Assembly (NCBI GenBank): GCA_963826715.1
Contig: CAWGYA010000002.1
Location: 256,001-320,000 of the forward strand
DNA: 64,000 nt
Direction: 5' to 3'
Source: Candidatus Bathyarchaeota archaeon
Lineage (GTDB): Archaea > Thermoproteota > Bathyarchaeia > Bathyarchaeales > Bathycorpusculaceae
Made by a program: the position numbers and the translations under genes. Under the pieces are notes generated by a model. That model saw only the letters and a program-made list of their open reading frames with translations. It was not told the origin of the DNA and searched no databases. Below are positions 39,062 through 49,429 of the stretch, one piece after another. Every line of letters starts with the position of its first letter. The first letter of the stretch is position 1.

Positions 39062-41278
39062 ATGGTTAATGCTCAGCCTAATCGCAGCCGCGGCGTCAAA
39101 GTTCTAAAAGCCGTTTCCTCACCCATGCGGCTGCAAATCCTTAATTTGCTATTCGATAAAAGTGCCCTATCTTATAGCGAACTCATGACTCAGCTCAAGA
39201 TGAATCCCAGCAGAGACGCAGGAAGATTTGCCTACCACCTCAAATTCCTCCTCAAAGCTGGGCTATTAGAGGCAGATGTAGAAGCAAAAAAATACTATCT
39301 AACCGACCTCGGCAAAATGGTGCTTGATGTAGCAGACCGAGTTGAGAAGAAAGCCGTTAAACCGCGCGGTATGCTTGTGCGCACGTCTCATTTAACGCTG
39401 GAAGAGTTTGATGCAAACAAAATCGCTAATTCTCTTATCAAAGAAGCAAAGGTACCAGCTGAGCTCGCCCAGAAAGCTGCAAAAGAAGCCGAGAAGCGCC
39501 TAGTGAAATCTAAAACCAAGTACCTTACAGCGTCGCTTATCCGCGAAGTCGTCAATGGCATCCTCGTAGAGAAAGGCTATGAAGAATATCGCCACAAACT
39601 CACTCGGGTGGGCATGCCAGTTCATGAAGTAACTGCACTCATTGAATCCAAAGATGCCGCACAGGACTGCTCAGTCGCCATCAGTCGGGCGGGACAAACA
39701 GTGCTGGGGGAATATACGCTACTAAACATTTTTCCCCGAGACATCGCCGACGCACATCTATCCGGCGCCATCCATATAGACAGCTTAGGCACATGGCTGT
39801 TAAAGCCCAATGAGGTCGTGCATGAACTGCGCTATTTCTTTATGCACGGCATCCAACCTGCTAACCCTCAGCAAGTCAAAATGGAAGCGCCTGACAACTT
39901 CAAATCCGCTCTCTCTGCAGCATTCAATGTACTTTTACATGCTAGTAGAGAAATCAATTGCACACAGACCTTCAACTATATCAATCTCGCGCTCGCACCT
40001 TTCGCACGGGGCAATGACGAGACTAAGCTTAAAGAGAACCTGAGACTGTTTATCTTAAACATTAATCAACATGTTGACGCTACGCTGGGGTTGGATCTCT
40101 CAATTTCCAACTCTACCGCCGAAAAGGAGGCCTTTGGCGCGCGGGGAAAAGCTGCAGGAAAGTATGGTGACTATGTTAAAGAAAGTCACTTGTTGGCCTC
40201 GTTAATTCTGGATGTATTCATTGAAGAGAGCTCCGCTAGACCGTTACTTAATCCCAAACTCATAATAAAAATCGCCCCCGAAACTTTAACAGATGAGAAT
40301 GCGAAGGCACTTTTTCAAAAAGCCCATCAGTTAGCACATCAGGGTGGAACCCCCTACTTCGCCAATCTCACAAAAAAAGGCTCGGAGAACTGGGCTTTTA
40401 CTTCTTCAGGAGCCAAATTCTCTTCCGACCTGACAGGAGACTGGGAAACCGATACATTACGTACAGGCGCCCTTGGCTGCGTTAACATAAACCTACCACG
40501 TATAACGTTGGAATGCGAGGGGAATAAAAACAAATTCATCGACTACCTAAAAGAACGCTTTGAACTCTCAGCACGAGCCCTAGGCATCAAAAATAACGCG
40601 TTAAAGCAGTTCGGCAAAAACGCGCTGCCATTTCTCTTACACAAATCTAACGGTGATACCTACTTCCGGCTAGAGAACTGCTCACGCATCGTGAATTTAG
40701 CAGGGTTCTGCGAAGCAATAGAATCTTTTACCGCTAAAAACATAAACGCCCCTGAAAGCCGCCAATTCGCCGAGGAAATAATCGCTAGCCTGCTGTCGTT
40801 TAAGCAGAAGTTGGGCAGAAAATACGGCAGACGACTCTACCCCGCAATCTTGGGTAATCGTGAAGCTGCCGAGCGTCTAGCCCAGCTCGACATCGAACGC
40901 TACGGCTTAGCAAAAGTTAAGTTCTCGGGGACACGCGACAAACCCTACTACTCAACGGTTAAACGTATCCAAATCAAAGCCGCCCCGACACTACTAGCGC
41001 CTGTTGGGACAATGGAAACAGCCCAACTCACAAAGGGCTTAATTGTAGGAGGGAGCCTTGATATACTCGAACTTCAAGGATCAGAATTTTCAGCAGAAGC
41101 ACTAATGGATTTAACTCGGCGAATAATTGAGAACGACACAAGCGAGTTCTTCACATACAATCGCGCGATAAGTTTTTGCGAAAACTGTAAGAAAAACTAT
41201 TACGGCACGTTACACAAATGCCCTAATTGCGGGGCTATGAGCACTCTAACAACATTTGACCGCTTTGCAACAACCTAA
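39062..41278 (+). CDS. ArsR-wHTH + ATP-cone + class III RNR (NrdD)-like fusion, predicted catalytically inactive
   Basis: LKAVSSPMRLQIL...FAYHLKFL; VRTS...FDANKI...LIREVV; ADAHLSGAIHI, INLPRI, CENC..CPNC; ends DRFATT* with no R-x-x-G-Y. Confidence 0.85.
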   Translation: MVNAQPNRSRGVKVLKAVSSPMRLQILNLLFDKSALSYSELMTQLKMNPSRDAGRFAYHLKFLLKAGLLEADVEAKKYYLTDLGKMVLDVADRVEKKAVKPRGMLVRTSHLTLEEFDANKIANSLIKEAKVPAELAQKAAKEAEKRLVKSKTKYLTASLIREVVNGILVEKGYEEYRHKLTRVGMPVHEVTALIESKDAAQDCSVAISRAGQTVLGEYTLLNIFPRDIADAHLSGAIHIDSLGTWLLKPNEVVHELRYFFMHGIQPANPQQVKMEAPDNFKSALSAAFNVLLHASREINCTQTFNYINLALAPFARGNDETKLKENLRLFILNINQHVDATLGLDLSISNSTAEKEAFGARGKAAGKYGDYVKESHLLASLILDVFIEESSARPLLNPKLIIKIAPETLTDENAKALFQKAHQLAHQGGTPYFANLTKKGSENWAFTSSGAKFSSDLTGDWETDTLRTGALGCVNINLPRITLECEGNKNKFIDYLKERFELSARALGIKNNALKQFGKNALPFLLHKSNGDTYFRLENCSRIVNLAGFCEAIESFTAKNINAPESRQFAEEIIASLLSFKQKLGRKYGRRLYPAILGNREAAERLAQLDIERYGLAKVKFSGTRDKPYYSTVKRIQIKAAPTLLAPVGTMETAQLTKGLIVGGSLDILELQGSEFSAEALMDLTRRIIENDTSEFFTYNRAISFCENCKKNYYGTLHKCPNCGAMSTLTTFDRFATT

Positions 41279-41280
41279 AC

Positions 41281-42304
<1,024 letters not shown>

Positions 42305-42689
42305 TTTTTGTAGGTCTGAGTCATAAAGCAGGGGATTTAGTCTTTTTCAACCCTAAAGACAGAAGTAACGATAAAACCACTTGTGCCCTTTGGACTACAC
42401 TAACCTATGACACTAAACTCTGCTCATACAAAGAAGCAAGGGAACTAACAGGAATTTAACGCCTTCATGACTTATGTTAGACGTAATTTTGGTAAGGTTT
42501 CCTGTTATAAAGTGTTTGAATCCGTCGAAAACGGTTATCCCCTCATCATTGTATATTGCTCTTTAAAGAATACACTTTCCAAGTGTTTAGAGACGACAAA
42601 GGTCAATTCAGAGTACATGCCCAAAAAAACGATTTAATAGTCAATCTCCCCAACAACCCCAAAACAAAACGATTTTATAGCAAATTCCT

Positions 42690-42792
42690 TAAAGGGTGGG
42701 GTCATCCACTACGACGACTGAGACGCTTTAAGCCCCTAAAGTGGAGGGCTGGAGTTTGGTGCATCGCTCCTGTTGCCGCAATCAGTTTTGAA
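42690..42792 (+). repeat. diverged inverted copy of the structured element at 45285-45384
   Basis: TAAAGGGTGGGGTCATCCRCTACG, GCTTT(T)AAGCCCC and GTGGRGGGCTGGAGTTTGGKGCA blocks shared. Confidence 0.85.
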
Positions 42793-42828
42793 TGGATTAT
42801 TTTTTATCTAACATTGCGCATTAGTAGT

Positions 42829-42908
42829 TGCCTATGACGATTAACACGTCAGTCTGAGATGGGATCGGTAGTCCCTGAGATGATGACGGTTATACGAATT
42901 CTGAGGCA
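42829..42908 (+). ncRNA. candidate C/D-box guide sRNA
   Basis: tgcc/ggca terminal stem; ATGACGA (42834), CTGA (42854), CTGA (42875), ATGATGA (42880), CTGA (42901). Confidence 0.7.
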
Positions 42909-43421
42909 CAAACTCTCATTCTTAAGTTTAAACTCATTATATTAACTTGAAATCAGTTGCCCCATGATAACAAGTGCACAAAAGTACTCGATACTACCAT
43001 TTCTTTTCTTAGCTTTCTTTACAAAAGAAAGCGTCAATCATTGGCGAAGGCGAGCGAAGCGCGCCAATCACTATAAAGAAAAGTTTCTTCAAAGTCATTA
43101 TTTGATAACTTTTCTGCGCTCAACCAGAGCAGCTAAAAGTTGACTGATATCTACACTATCAATCTTTCTTCTGGTTGCTTCAATCAAGTTGTAAGTAAAA
43201 AATTTGTAATTAGACCACAAAAAAATTTCTTCAAGAAATTCTATCTGCAAATCTGTGATTTCTTTGTTATTCTTAATTTGCTCTAAAATGTGCAGAAAAG
43301 AACGCAGACTAAAATCATGAATAACATCTAAAATGATTAAATGAACTTCGTTTTTTCCAGCAATGCATCTATATTTTTAGAGAATTCTTCTCTAAATAAA
43401 CAGTTTGGCGTTTAGAATACA

Positions 43422-43700
43422 CTATTTTTTCGATTCAATTAGAATTTTTAAAACCAGTTTAAGTGCAGAGTCATAGCCATCACAATATTCTTTGCTCGCG
43501 TCCTTATCCGCATAAGTTTGCTCTACAATTTCTTTTCCGATGCCTTCATTAGTTAGCTGGATTGAGCCTTCTTTAAGCCAAATCAAAGCATCTACATACC
43601 CATGTTCTGAATCTGAAAGCTCATCTGTTATAGATGATTCTGCTTTCTGTCTGATAATTTCTTCAATCTTTTCTATTAACTCATTCTTAACATTACTCAC
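43422..43700 (-). CDS. small acidic hypothetical protein with internal repeat
   Basis: EHGYVDAL / YCDGYDSAL repeat. Confidence 0.6.
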   Translation of the reverse strand: MSNVKNELIEKIEEIIRQKAESSITDELSDSEHGYVDALIWLKEGSIQLTNEGIGKEIVEQTYADKDASKEYCDGYDSALKLVLKILIESKK

Positions 43701-43831
43701 TTCTTTTCACCAATTCGATTACTTGTTTGTCATATAGTTAAATAGCTGTCGGCTAACCCATCGCGCTTCAGTAAACCTTATTAAAAAACATTTGTTAAGA
43801 CCTTGAAAAGCCCGCTTTCCATTTATTAAAA

Positions 43832-43853
43832 TGCATGGGTGGGATTTGAACCC
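43832..43853 (-). other. degenerate tRNA 3' fragment (att-like scar)
   Basis: GGGTTCAAATCCCACCCATGCA, a T arm plus partial acceptor; no 5' half. Confidence 0.5.
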
Positions 43854-43980
43854 TATGACTAGTGGAGATGTCACCCGAACACTTCATTATTAGTTAGATT
43901 TTTGAAGTTATTGATATACCGATATTGTTAATGTGATTATTAAATAAAAGTCTTTCACGATCGTAGTTAATGAGAAAAGG

Positions 43981-44706
43981 TCACTGTGTACAGATAGTGG
44001 TCTTTCGATGCCTTCTAAAAAAAAGAGATAACAAGATAATGGTGGATAGAACAATGGCTATTGTGATGCTTGTAGGCAGTAAGTAATCTATCGGCTCTAA
44101 ATGTGGTGCATTTATTGGTGGAAAATAATCCATACTTGCTTGGTGTATGGAAACCCTTGAAGTGGCCCCTGTTATGGTTATTCCAATATTAGCTCCACTC
44201 CAACCATCGCCTTGCTGTTTAGCTACTCCATCGATGTAGACGTCAGGGGTTCTTGTTGGTGAATAAGAACTATACAGGTAAGTATAATCCACAGTTTGGT
44301 TACCTCTTCCTTCTATTGTGTAATTGAGCCATGAGTCAGTATAATTGGTATATTGTTCTGAGCCGTTTCTGGTTAAGTAATTGAATGAAGTAATGGTTAA
44401 GTTGCAATTGTTGGCAGAAATCGTTAGGTCAACTGTTCCATTTCCTGTTGAGAAATTAGTAAAAATCCAAAAAGGTGGCACATAAAGCCCATTGATGGTA
44501 TTATAGTGAGCAGGATAATATGTAGCTCTGGTATTAGACGCATTTTCTGAAAGCATTATTATGGCGTTAGTATCTGGAATGGTATACTGGTTATCCGTGT
44601 CTTTTGTGCTTTTAGCATTTACTGATTGACAGGTAGTCAATGAACTAAGGAATATAATAGTAAGCAGTAAAGCCAAAGTTCTGTTCTTGCTACCCATACC
44701 AATCAT
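43981..44706 (-). CDS. secreted surface protein with C-terminal membrane anchor
   Basis: signal peptide, many N-x-S/T sequons, TM + RRHRK tail. Confidence 0.75.
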   Translation of the reverse strand: MIGMGSKNRTLALLLTIIFLSSLTTCQSVNAKSTKDTDNQYTIPDTNAIIMLSENASNTRATYYPAHYNTINGLYVPPFWIFTNFSTGNGTVDLTISANNCNLTITSFNYLTRNGSEQYTNYTDSWLNYTIEGRGNQTVDYTYLYSSYSPTRTPDVYIDGVAKQQGDGWSGANIGITITGATSRVSIHQASMDYFPPINAPHLEPIDYLLPTSITIAIVLSTIILLSLFFRRHRKTTICTQ

Positions 44707-44808
44707 TATAACATATGGATGATAAAAGGCTAATCATAAAAGATTCTTGACGAATTTAAGTCGGGCTTCTTGACCAAATGCGCTCGCTCAATCTGTTTTG
44801 GAGCAGAA

Positions 44809-44958
44809 TCAAGAGGATTGAAGAACCAAATTGTCGCCTTCAAGTTTCCAAAAACGTTGACGACCAGAAGCCGACCGCCTTAATCTTTTCAAAGGAACAC
44901 TACCCACATGAAAGCCACCTTGATTCCCTTTTTTAGAAATCCTCAAAACTACCTTCAA
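44809..44958 (-). CDS. AbrB/MazE-like micro-protein (paralog 2), 49 aa
   Basis: MKVVLRISKKGNQGGFHVGSVPLKRLRRSASGRQRFWKLEGDNLVLQSS. Confidence 0.65.
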   Translation of the reverse strand: MKVVLRISKKGNQGGFHVGSVPLKRLRRSASGRQRFWKLEGDNLVLQSS

Positions 44959-45102
44959 TTAACACGACTCCAAAACAAGCCATTCCCCTTCCAAAGACCA
45001 AGCCAATTTACGACCAGAAGCTAACTGTTTCAATTTTTTCATAGGAACGCTACAAATCCGAGAACCATTCGGAGTAGTAGTCACTTTCAATAAGACCTTC
45101 AA
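44959..45102 (-). CDS. AbrB/MazE-like micro-protein (paralog 1), 47 aa
   Basis: MKVLLKVTTTPNGSRICSVPMKKLKQLASGRKLAWSLEGEWLVLESC; abuts paralog 2. Confidence 0.65.
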   Translation of the reverse strand: MKVLLKVTTTPNGSRICSVPMKKLKQLASGRKLAWSLEGEWLVLESC

Positions 45103-45213
45103 ATCAAGCTATCCTCATCAAATTACCTATCCCATTTCCTTGATTTATGCTTTATTATCGTGTATTATTAGTGATATTTCTTAGTGAGATTTGTTATATA
45201 TTATCAAGTGAAG

Positions 45214-45452
45214 GTCGTGGCGCTCACGCGCCCGACGACGACGCTAAGCCGTTGGTAGCGCAACGATGCACTCCTTGAGTGCATTTCAAAGTGATAGTAG
45301 CTTGCCCCAAACTCCAGCCCCCCACCTCAAGAGGGGGGCTTAAAAGCAACCGACACCTCGCGTAGCGGATGACCCCACCCTTTAGGGTACCCCCCCGCAC
45401 GCAAGGGCTCTGTCGGTTGCACGCTGGTTTAGTGTTTGAAGCGAATACTACT
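45214..45452 (-). other. GC-rich multi-hairpin non-coding element downstream of the recombinase (ncRNA, origin or folded recombination site)
   Basis: stems atgcactc/gagtgcat, agcccccc/ggggggct and gcaaccgaca/tgtcggttgc enclosing further bulged stems. Confidence 0.7.
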
Positions 45453-45479
45453 GAAGTTGATTTTATACGAACGTTAAAC

Positions 45480-46751
45480 CTATTCCTTTTTTGGTTTAAT
45501 GTACCCTGACTTTAGCTTCTCAGCATCTTTTTTGAATTTCTCAGCAAACTCTGGATCTTTCGCTAACTTGTCAGCTACTTGCTCCACTATGCCCTCAGCC
45601 ATTTCCTTGTAACTCTCTGAATTTGCTATTTGCTTAACCATGTTGCCCAAAGCAACGAGCTCGCTTTTCACTACCTCAAGCTCCTCGCCTTTTTCGTCAA
45701 GTTGCTTCTTTATCTTTTGATTTTCCTCAGAAATCACATCCGTAATTGTTCTTTGCTCAGTCAAATCGCTTTGAAGCTTGTTTATGGCATTTTTCAGCGG
45801 TTCAATTTTCTCAAGATCTAATCTTGGCTGTTCTTTTATGCTTAGAAACTTCTTTAATTGAATAAACTTCTGCCTCAGATTAACAGTTGTTAAATAGGTA
45901 TCGTCTGACTGCGCTATGGCTTTTCCACACAACTTCTTTCCAGCAGTCAATCCTATCCCACTGTCAATAGATGCCGAGAGAAACATTTTCCTAAAACAAT
46001 GAAACGAAATACACTTGCCATTAAGGTTAATCTTTGCTTTTTCTGCTAACCGTTGCAAGAGCTTGTTTAGCCACTCATCCGAGATACTTCTGCTTCCATT
46101 AGACGGGAAAAGGTAAGGATTACCATTTTTACGCTCCAAAGTTGGCAAATAGACTTTAAGAAGGTCAACTGTCTCTTGGCTAAGAAAACCATACGCTAAA
46201 ACTCCCTCTTTTGTAGTCATAATCTCAAAAGATATTGGTGGTTCCTGATCTAAAGGGGGCAAATCAGATTTTTTAAGCTCAATGAAGTCGCCTATCCTTA
46301 AGCCTAAATCCGTTGCCATGCTCAAAATTACTCTTTCTCGCAGGTCAGCAACTTCAAACATTTTACGCACATATTCAATCGTTAGAGGGAAATTCTTGGT
46401 TGTTTTAACCGTTTTACCTATTTTGCTTCCATTTCTAAAGCGTATGGGCATTTCATAGTATCTGAAAAGTTGCCTAATTCCTAAAGTCTGAACTCTTGCT
46501 GTGTTGATGCTTCCTTGCGTCAAAAGATGGCTATGGAACTTTTCTATTTCCTTTTCAAATCTTGATGCTCTATTTCTGAAATCAATTAGGTTTTCACCTC
46601 TTAGCTGTGTGAGGTCTTCTTTTCTTAGTTCAAGGATTTGTTCAGCTGTTTTTCCGTACCATTCACAGAATTTTTTTAGTCCATGTCTGTAACATTTTCT
46701 TGTTTTTGGGTTTGATATTGATTCAAGGAAGACTTGACTACTCAATTCCAT
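45480..46751 (-). CDS. tyrosine recombinase/integrase with C-terminal coiled coil
   Basis: GLRIGD, TTKE, YLFPS, FHCFRK, LCGK, DDTY. Confidence 0.9.
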   Translation of the reverse strand: MELSSQVFLESISNPKTRKCYRHGLKKFCEWYGKTAEQILELRKEDLTQLRGENLIDFRNRASRFEKEIEKFHSHLLTQGSINTARVQTLGIRQLFRYYEMPIRFRNGSKIGKTVKTTKNFPLTIEYVRKMFEVADLRERVILSMATDLGLRIGDFIELKKSDLPPLDQEPPISFEIMTTKEGVLAYGFLSQETVDLLKVYLPTLERKNGNPYLFPSNGSRSISDEWLNKLLQRLAEKAKINLNGKCISFHCFRKMFLSASIDSGIGLTAGKKLCGKAIAQSDDTYLTTVNLRQKFIQLKKFLSIKEQPRLDLEKIEPLKNAINKLQSDLTEQRTITDVISEENQKIKKQLDEKGEELEVVKSELVALGNMVKQIANSESYKEMAEGIVEQVADKLAKDPEFAEKFKKDAEKLKSGYIKPKKE

Positions 46752-46859
46752 TCATCCACACTCCATATATTTTGTGTGGTATATCAAACTACCTCAAAAA
46801 CCGACTAATAGTTTAGTGTACACCCGCATTATCCTTTTTTATTGCTTGGCTACTCACTT

Positions 46860-47030
46860 TTCGGCATTTCAAAAGTAATGTAATGGCGAATAAGCTAAAA
46901 CCATCATTGATATGACCTCAAGCCCAGATAATTCTGGTATACAGTTGGCGAAGGTGTAGGTATTACAGTTGGTGAAGAAGTGTTTGTTGATGTTTATTGA
47001 GTAGGGTTCGTTGTGGGGTGTGTAAGAAAA
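46860..47030 (-). pseudogene. remnant of a Pro/Thr-linker PEF-CTERM-type surface protein
   Basis: broken frames giving TSSPTVIPTPSPTV and PELSG + hydrophobic stretch. Confidence 0.35.
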
Positions 47031-47116
47031 ACACGCCAGAAAAGCTAACCTATGCTAAGACGTCAATTGGGAAACTTTTCTGTTTAGCGGATAATTAGAA
47101 AAGCCTTTTAAGGCAC

Positions 47117-47404
47117 TTGGACTCCCAAAGGGAAGCGGGGGGAACTATAATTAATCGTTTAGAGGCAGTGGATTTTCTCAAAGAGGTTTATGCAACATTC
47201 GGGGAAACACTGACGATCTCATCAGCGTGGCTAAGTCCCTCATCCAAAACAGGTGTTAACGACCCACAAGATTACGACATAGTTCTAAACGCAGAATTCA
47301 ACGAAGTCGAAATTAAAAGTATTAATTTGGTACTAAAAAATCATAATCTGGAAATGAAAAAGGAACAGAAGGGATGGTTAATTTTTAAAACAACAAATAG
47401 TTAG
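47117..47404 (+). CDS. hypothetical protein
   Basis: 95-aa ORF, NRLEAVDFLKE N-terminus. Confidence 0.6.
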   Translation: MDSQREAGGTIINRLEAVDFLKEVYATFGETLTISSAWLSPSSKTGVNDPQDYDIVLNAEFNEVEIKSINLVLKNHNLEMKKEQKGWLIFKTTNS

Positions 47405-47529
47405 TTTGTCTGTTATATTCTGCAGCAAAACACGCTTAATTCAGGTTCTGGTTGGAAACATTTTTACCACACCATTTTTAGTCAAATAACCTGTGGCTCA
47501 TTAAATTGTTAATATTAGACTGATGATTT

Positions 47530-48441
47530 ATGGGAAAACTCGAATGCAAAAACTTAACCAAGGTTTATGCTGAAAACCAAACCGCTCTCGACCATGTCTC
47601 TTTTTCTGTTGAAACAAAAGGCATATTTGGGTTAATCGGCAGAAATGGTGCAGGAAAAACTACTCTTATCCGCATCTTAGCCACTGAATTGCTGCCCACC
47701 TTAGGAACCGCAAATATTAACGGCATAGATATCCTCACCCAAATGGGGAAGTTACGGGAGAAAATCGCTATTGTTCCTCAGGAAGCCCGAGCAATCCGCT
47801 GGATGACGCCCAAACAAACCGTTTTCTCTTATTTGCTCTGGCGTGGATACAGCTATCGAGAAGCTAGCAAACGAGCGTGTGATTCCCTAGCTAAACTGGG
47901 GTTAACGCAGTATTCAGGAATGCTCAACAGTCGACTCTCTGGAGGAACCAAAAGAAAAGTTCTAATAGCAACCGTAACCGCATCGGAAGCCGATATTATC
48001 TTCCTCGACGAACCAACTACAGGGCTTGACCCGATTTCCAGGCGTGAACTATGGACAATTCTACGTGACCTCGGAAAGGATCGCTTCATTTTTCTAACAA
48101 CACATTATCTTGAAGAAGCAGAGCAACTTGCGGATAAAATAGGCATTTTAAAGGAAGGCAAACTGGTTTCGGTGGGCAATCTCGGAGAATTAAGGACAAG
48201 TGTACCATACCAGTATAGTATAAAGTTGCTACCAAATGTGGAGATCCCCAGCATAGACAATGCGGAAGTCACAACCAGCAGTAGCGGTTTTACCCAAATA
48301 ATGACTAATGAAGCAGAAGCATTCCGTCTGGCAAAATTGCTTTCAGAGAAGGGCACAAAATTCTCCATAACCCCTGTTACCCTGGATGACATTTTTTTCC
48401 ATTTGGTGGGGCAGAAAGTGAGGGATGAAGCTGAAGCATAG
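47530..48441 (+). CDS. ABC-2 exporter ATP-binding protein
   Basis: GRNGAGKTT, LSGG, FLDEPT, TTHY. Confidence 0.93.
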   Translation: MGKLECKNLTKVYAENQTALDHVSFSVETKGIFGLIGRNGAGKTTLIRILATELLPTLGTANINGIDILTQMGKLREKIAIVPQEARAIRWMTPKQTVFSYLLWRGYSYREASKRACDSLAKLGLTQYSGMLNSRLSGGTKRKVLIATVTASEADIIFLDEPTTGLDPISRRELWTILRDLGKDRFIFLTTHYLEEAEQLADKIGILKEGKLVSVGNLGELRTSVPYQYSIKLLPNVEIPSIDNAEVTTSSSGFTQIMTNEAEAFRLAKLLSEKGTKFSITPVTLDDIFFHLVGQKVRDEAEA

Positions 48442-49174
48442 TAGGTTGAGCCAGATTCTTGCAGGAGTTCTCGTAAACGCTGTCTATGAAATGAAAAACT
48501 ACCCCGTAGTACTCATAAGCACTGTAATTTCGCCGCTTTCGCTTCTGGCAGTCATCACTTTTGTGAGCAAAGGTGAATTGTTGGGAACAGCCATCGAAGG
48601 AGGATTAATCATGATTTTCTTTTCAAGCGGAATCGCATTACAGTCCGACCTCTCTCATCTCAAAAATGACTTCAAACTGCAAGATATGATTGTAAGTTCA
48701 CCTACAAGTGCAAAAATGTATTTGAGTGGTATGGCGATCGCTGAAATTGTCTATTCCATCCCAGGCATAGCAATACTCATAGCGCTTGCCGCAATCTACT
48801 TACAACCCAGTCTTATCCAGATCGCGATATTAGCCACGGTTCTGCTCCTAATGTTCGCAGTTTCCATTGCAATCGGGTTTATGCTCTCAACCCTTTCCAG
48901 CGATGTAGTACAAAGTTATGCATTCTCACGACTTCTTTCGCTGCTCTTTGCCACTTTGCCACCAGTTTACTATCCCATAACCCTAGTGCCCTCACCGCTC
49001 AATTACTTAGCATATCTATCGCCTACAACATACGCTGCGGAAATTATGCATTCAGCCACCGGCTACCTGCAGCTTTCAGCAGCAAATTTGGCTTTGGACT
49101 GGATAGTTCTGCTAGGAGTATGCGGTGTTATAATAACCATTGCGGCGAAGAAACACCGCTGGAGAGACATCTAA
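48425..49174 (+). CDS. ABC-2 exporter permease
   Basis: six TM segments, PVYYPI..P, PTTY. Confidence 0.88.
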   Translation: MKLKHSRLSQILAGVLVNAVYEMKNYPVVLISTVISPLSLLAVITFVSKGELLGTAIEGGLIMIFFSSGIALQSDLSHLKNDFKLQDMIVSSPTSAKMYLSGMAIAEIVYSIPGIAILIALAAIYLQPSLIQIAILATVLLLMFAVSIAIGFMLSTLSSDVVQSYAFSRLLSLLFATLPPVYYPITLVPSPLNYLAYLSPTTYAAEIMHSATGYLQLSAANLALDWIVLLGVCGVIITIAAKKHRWRDI

Positions 49175-49177
49175 ATG

Positions 49178-49429
49178 TCAATATTTTTTACCCAATGTCA
49201 GTTTCTTTCGGATTTCCATAACCTCAGATGCATTGTCAGCTAAAGCATTAAGCCAGAGATCAAACTCGTCTTCAGAGATTTCTTTTTGAATTATACCCTC
49301 TTGATCGCCAGAGAAATATCTGGAAGGAGCAGCAGAAAAAAGTTTAACGTAAAATATTCTGTCAGCTATCTCAATCTGTGAGGAGCAACAAACATTCTCG
49401 CCTACACAGTAATCAATATGGTATCCCAT
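49178..49429 (-). CDS. hypothetical protein
   Basis: 83-aa ORF. Confidence 0.6.
   Translation of the reverse strand: MGYHIDYCVGENVCCSSQIEIADRIFYVKLFSAAPSRYFSGDQEGIIQKEISEDEFDLWLNALADNASEVMEIRKKLTLGKKY

Noticed and set aside
42556-42837. 93-aa ORF
   Set aside because: Its 3' half is the non-coding repeat, whose second copy does not keep the frame; not supportable as a gene
44845-45055. Direct repeat (acgaccagaagc...ggaac.ctac) as CRISPR or iteron
   Set aside because: Explained by the two paralogous AbrB-like genes; no repeat-spacer array exists anywhere in the window
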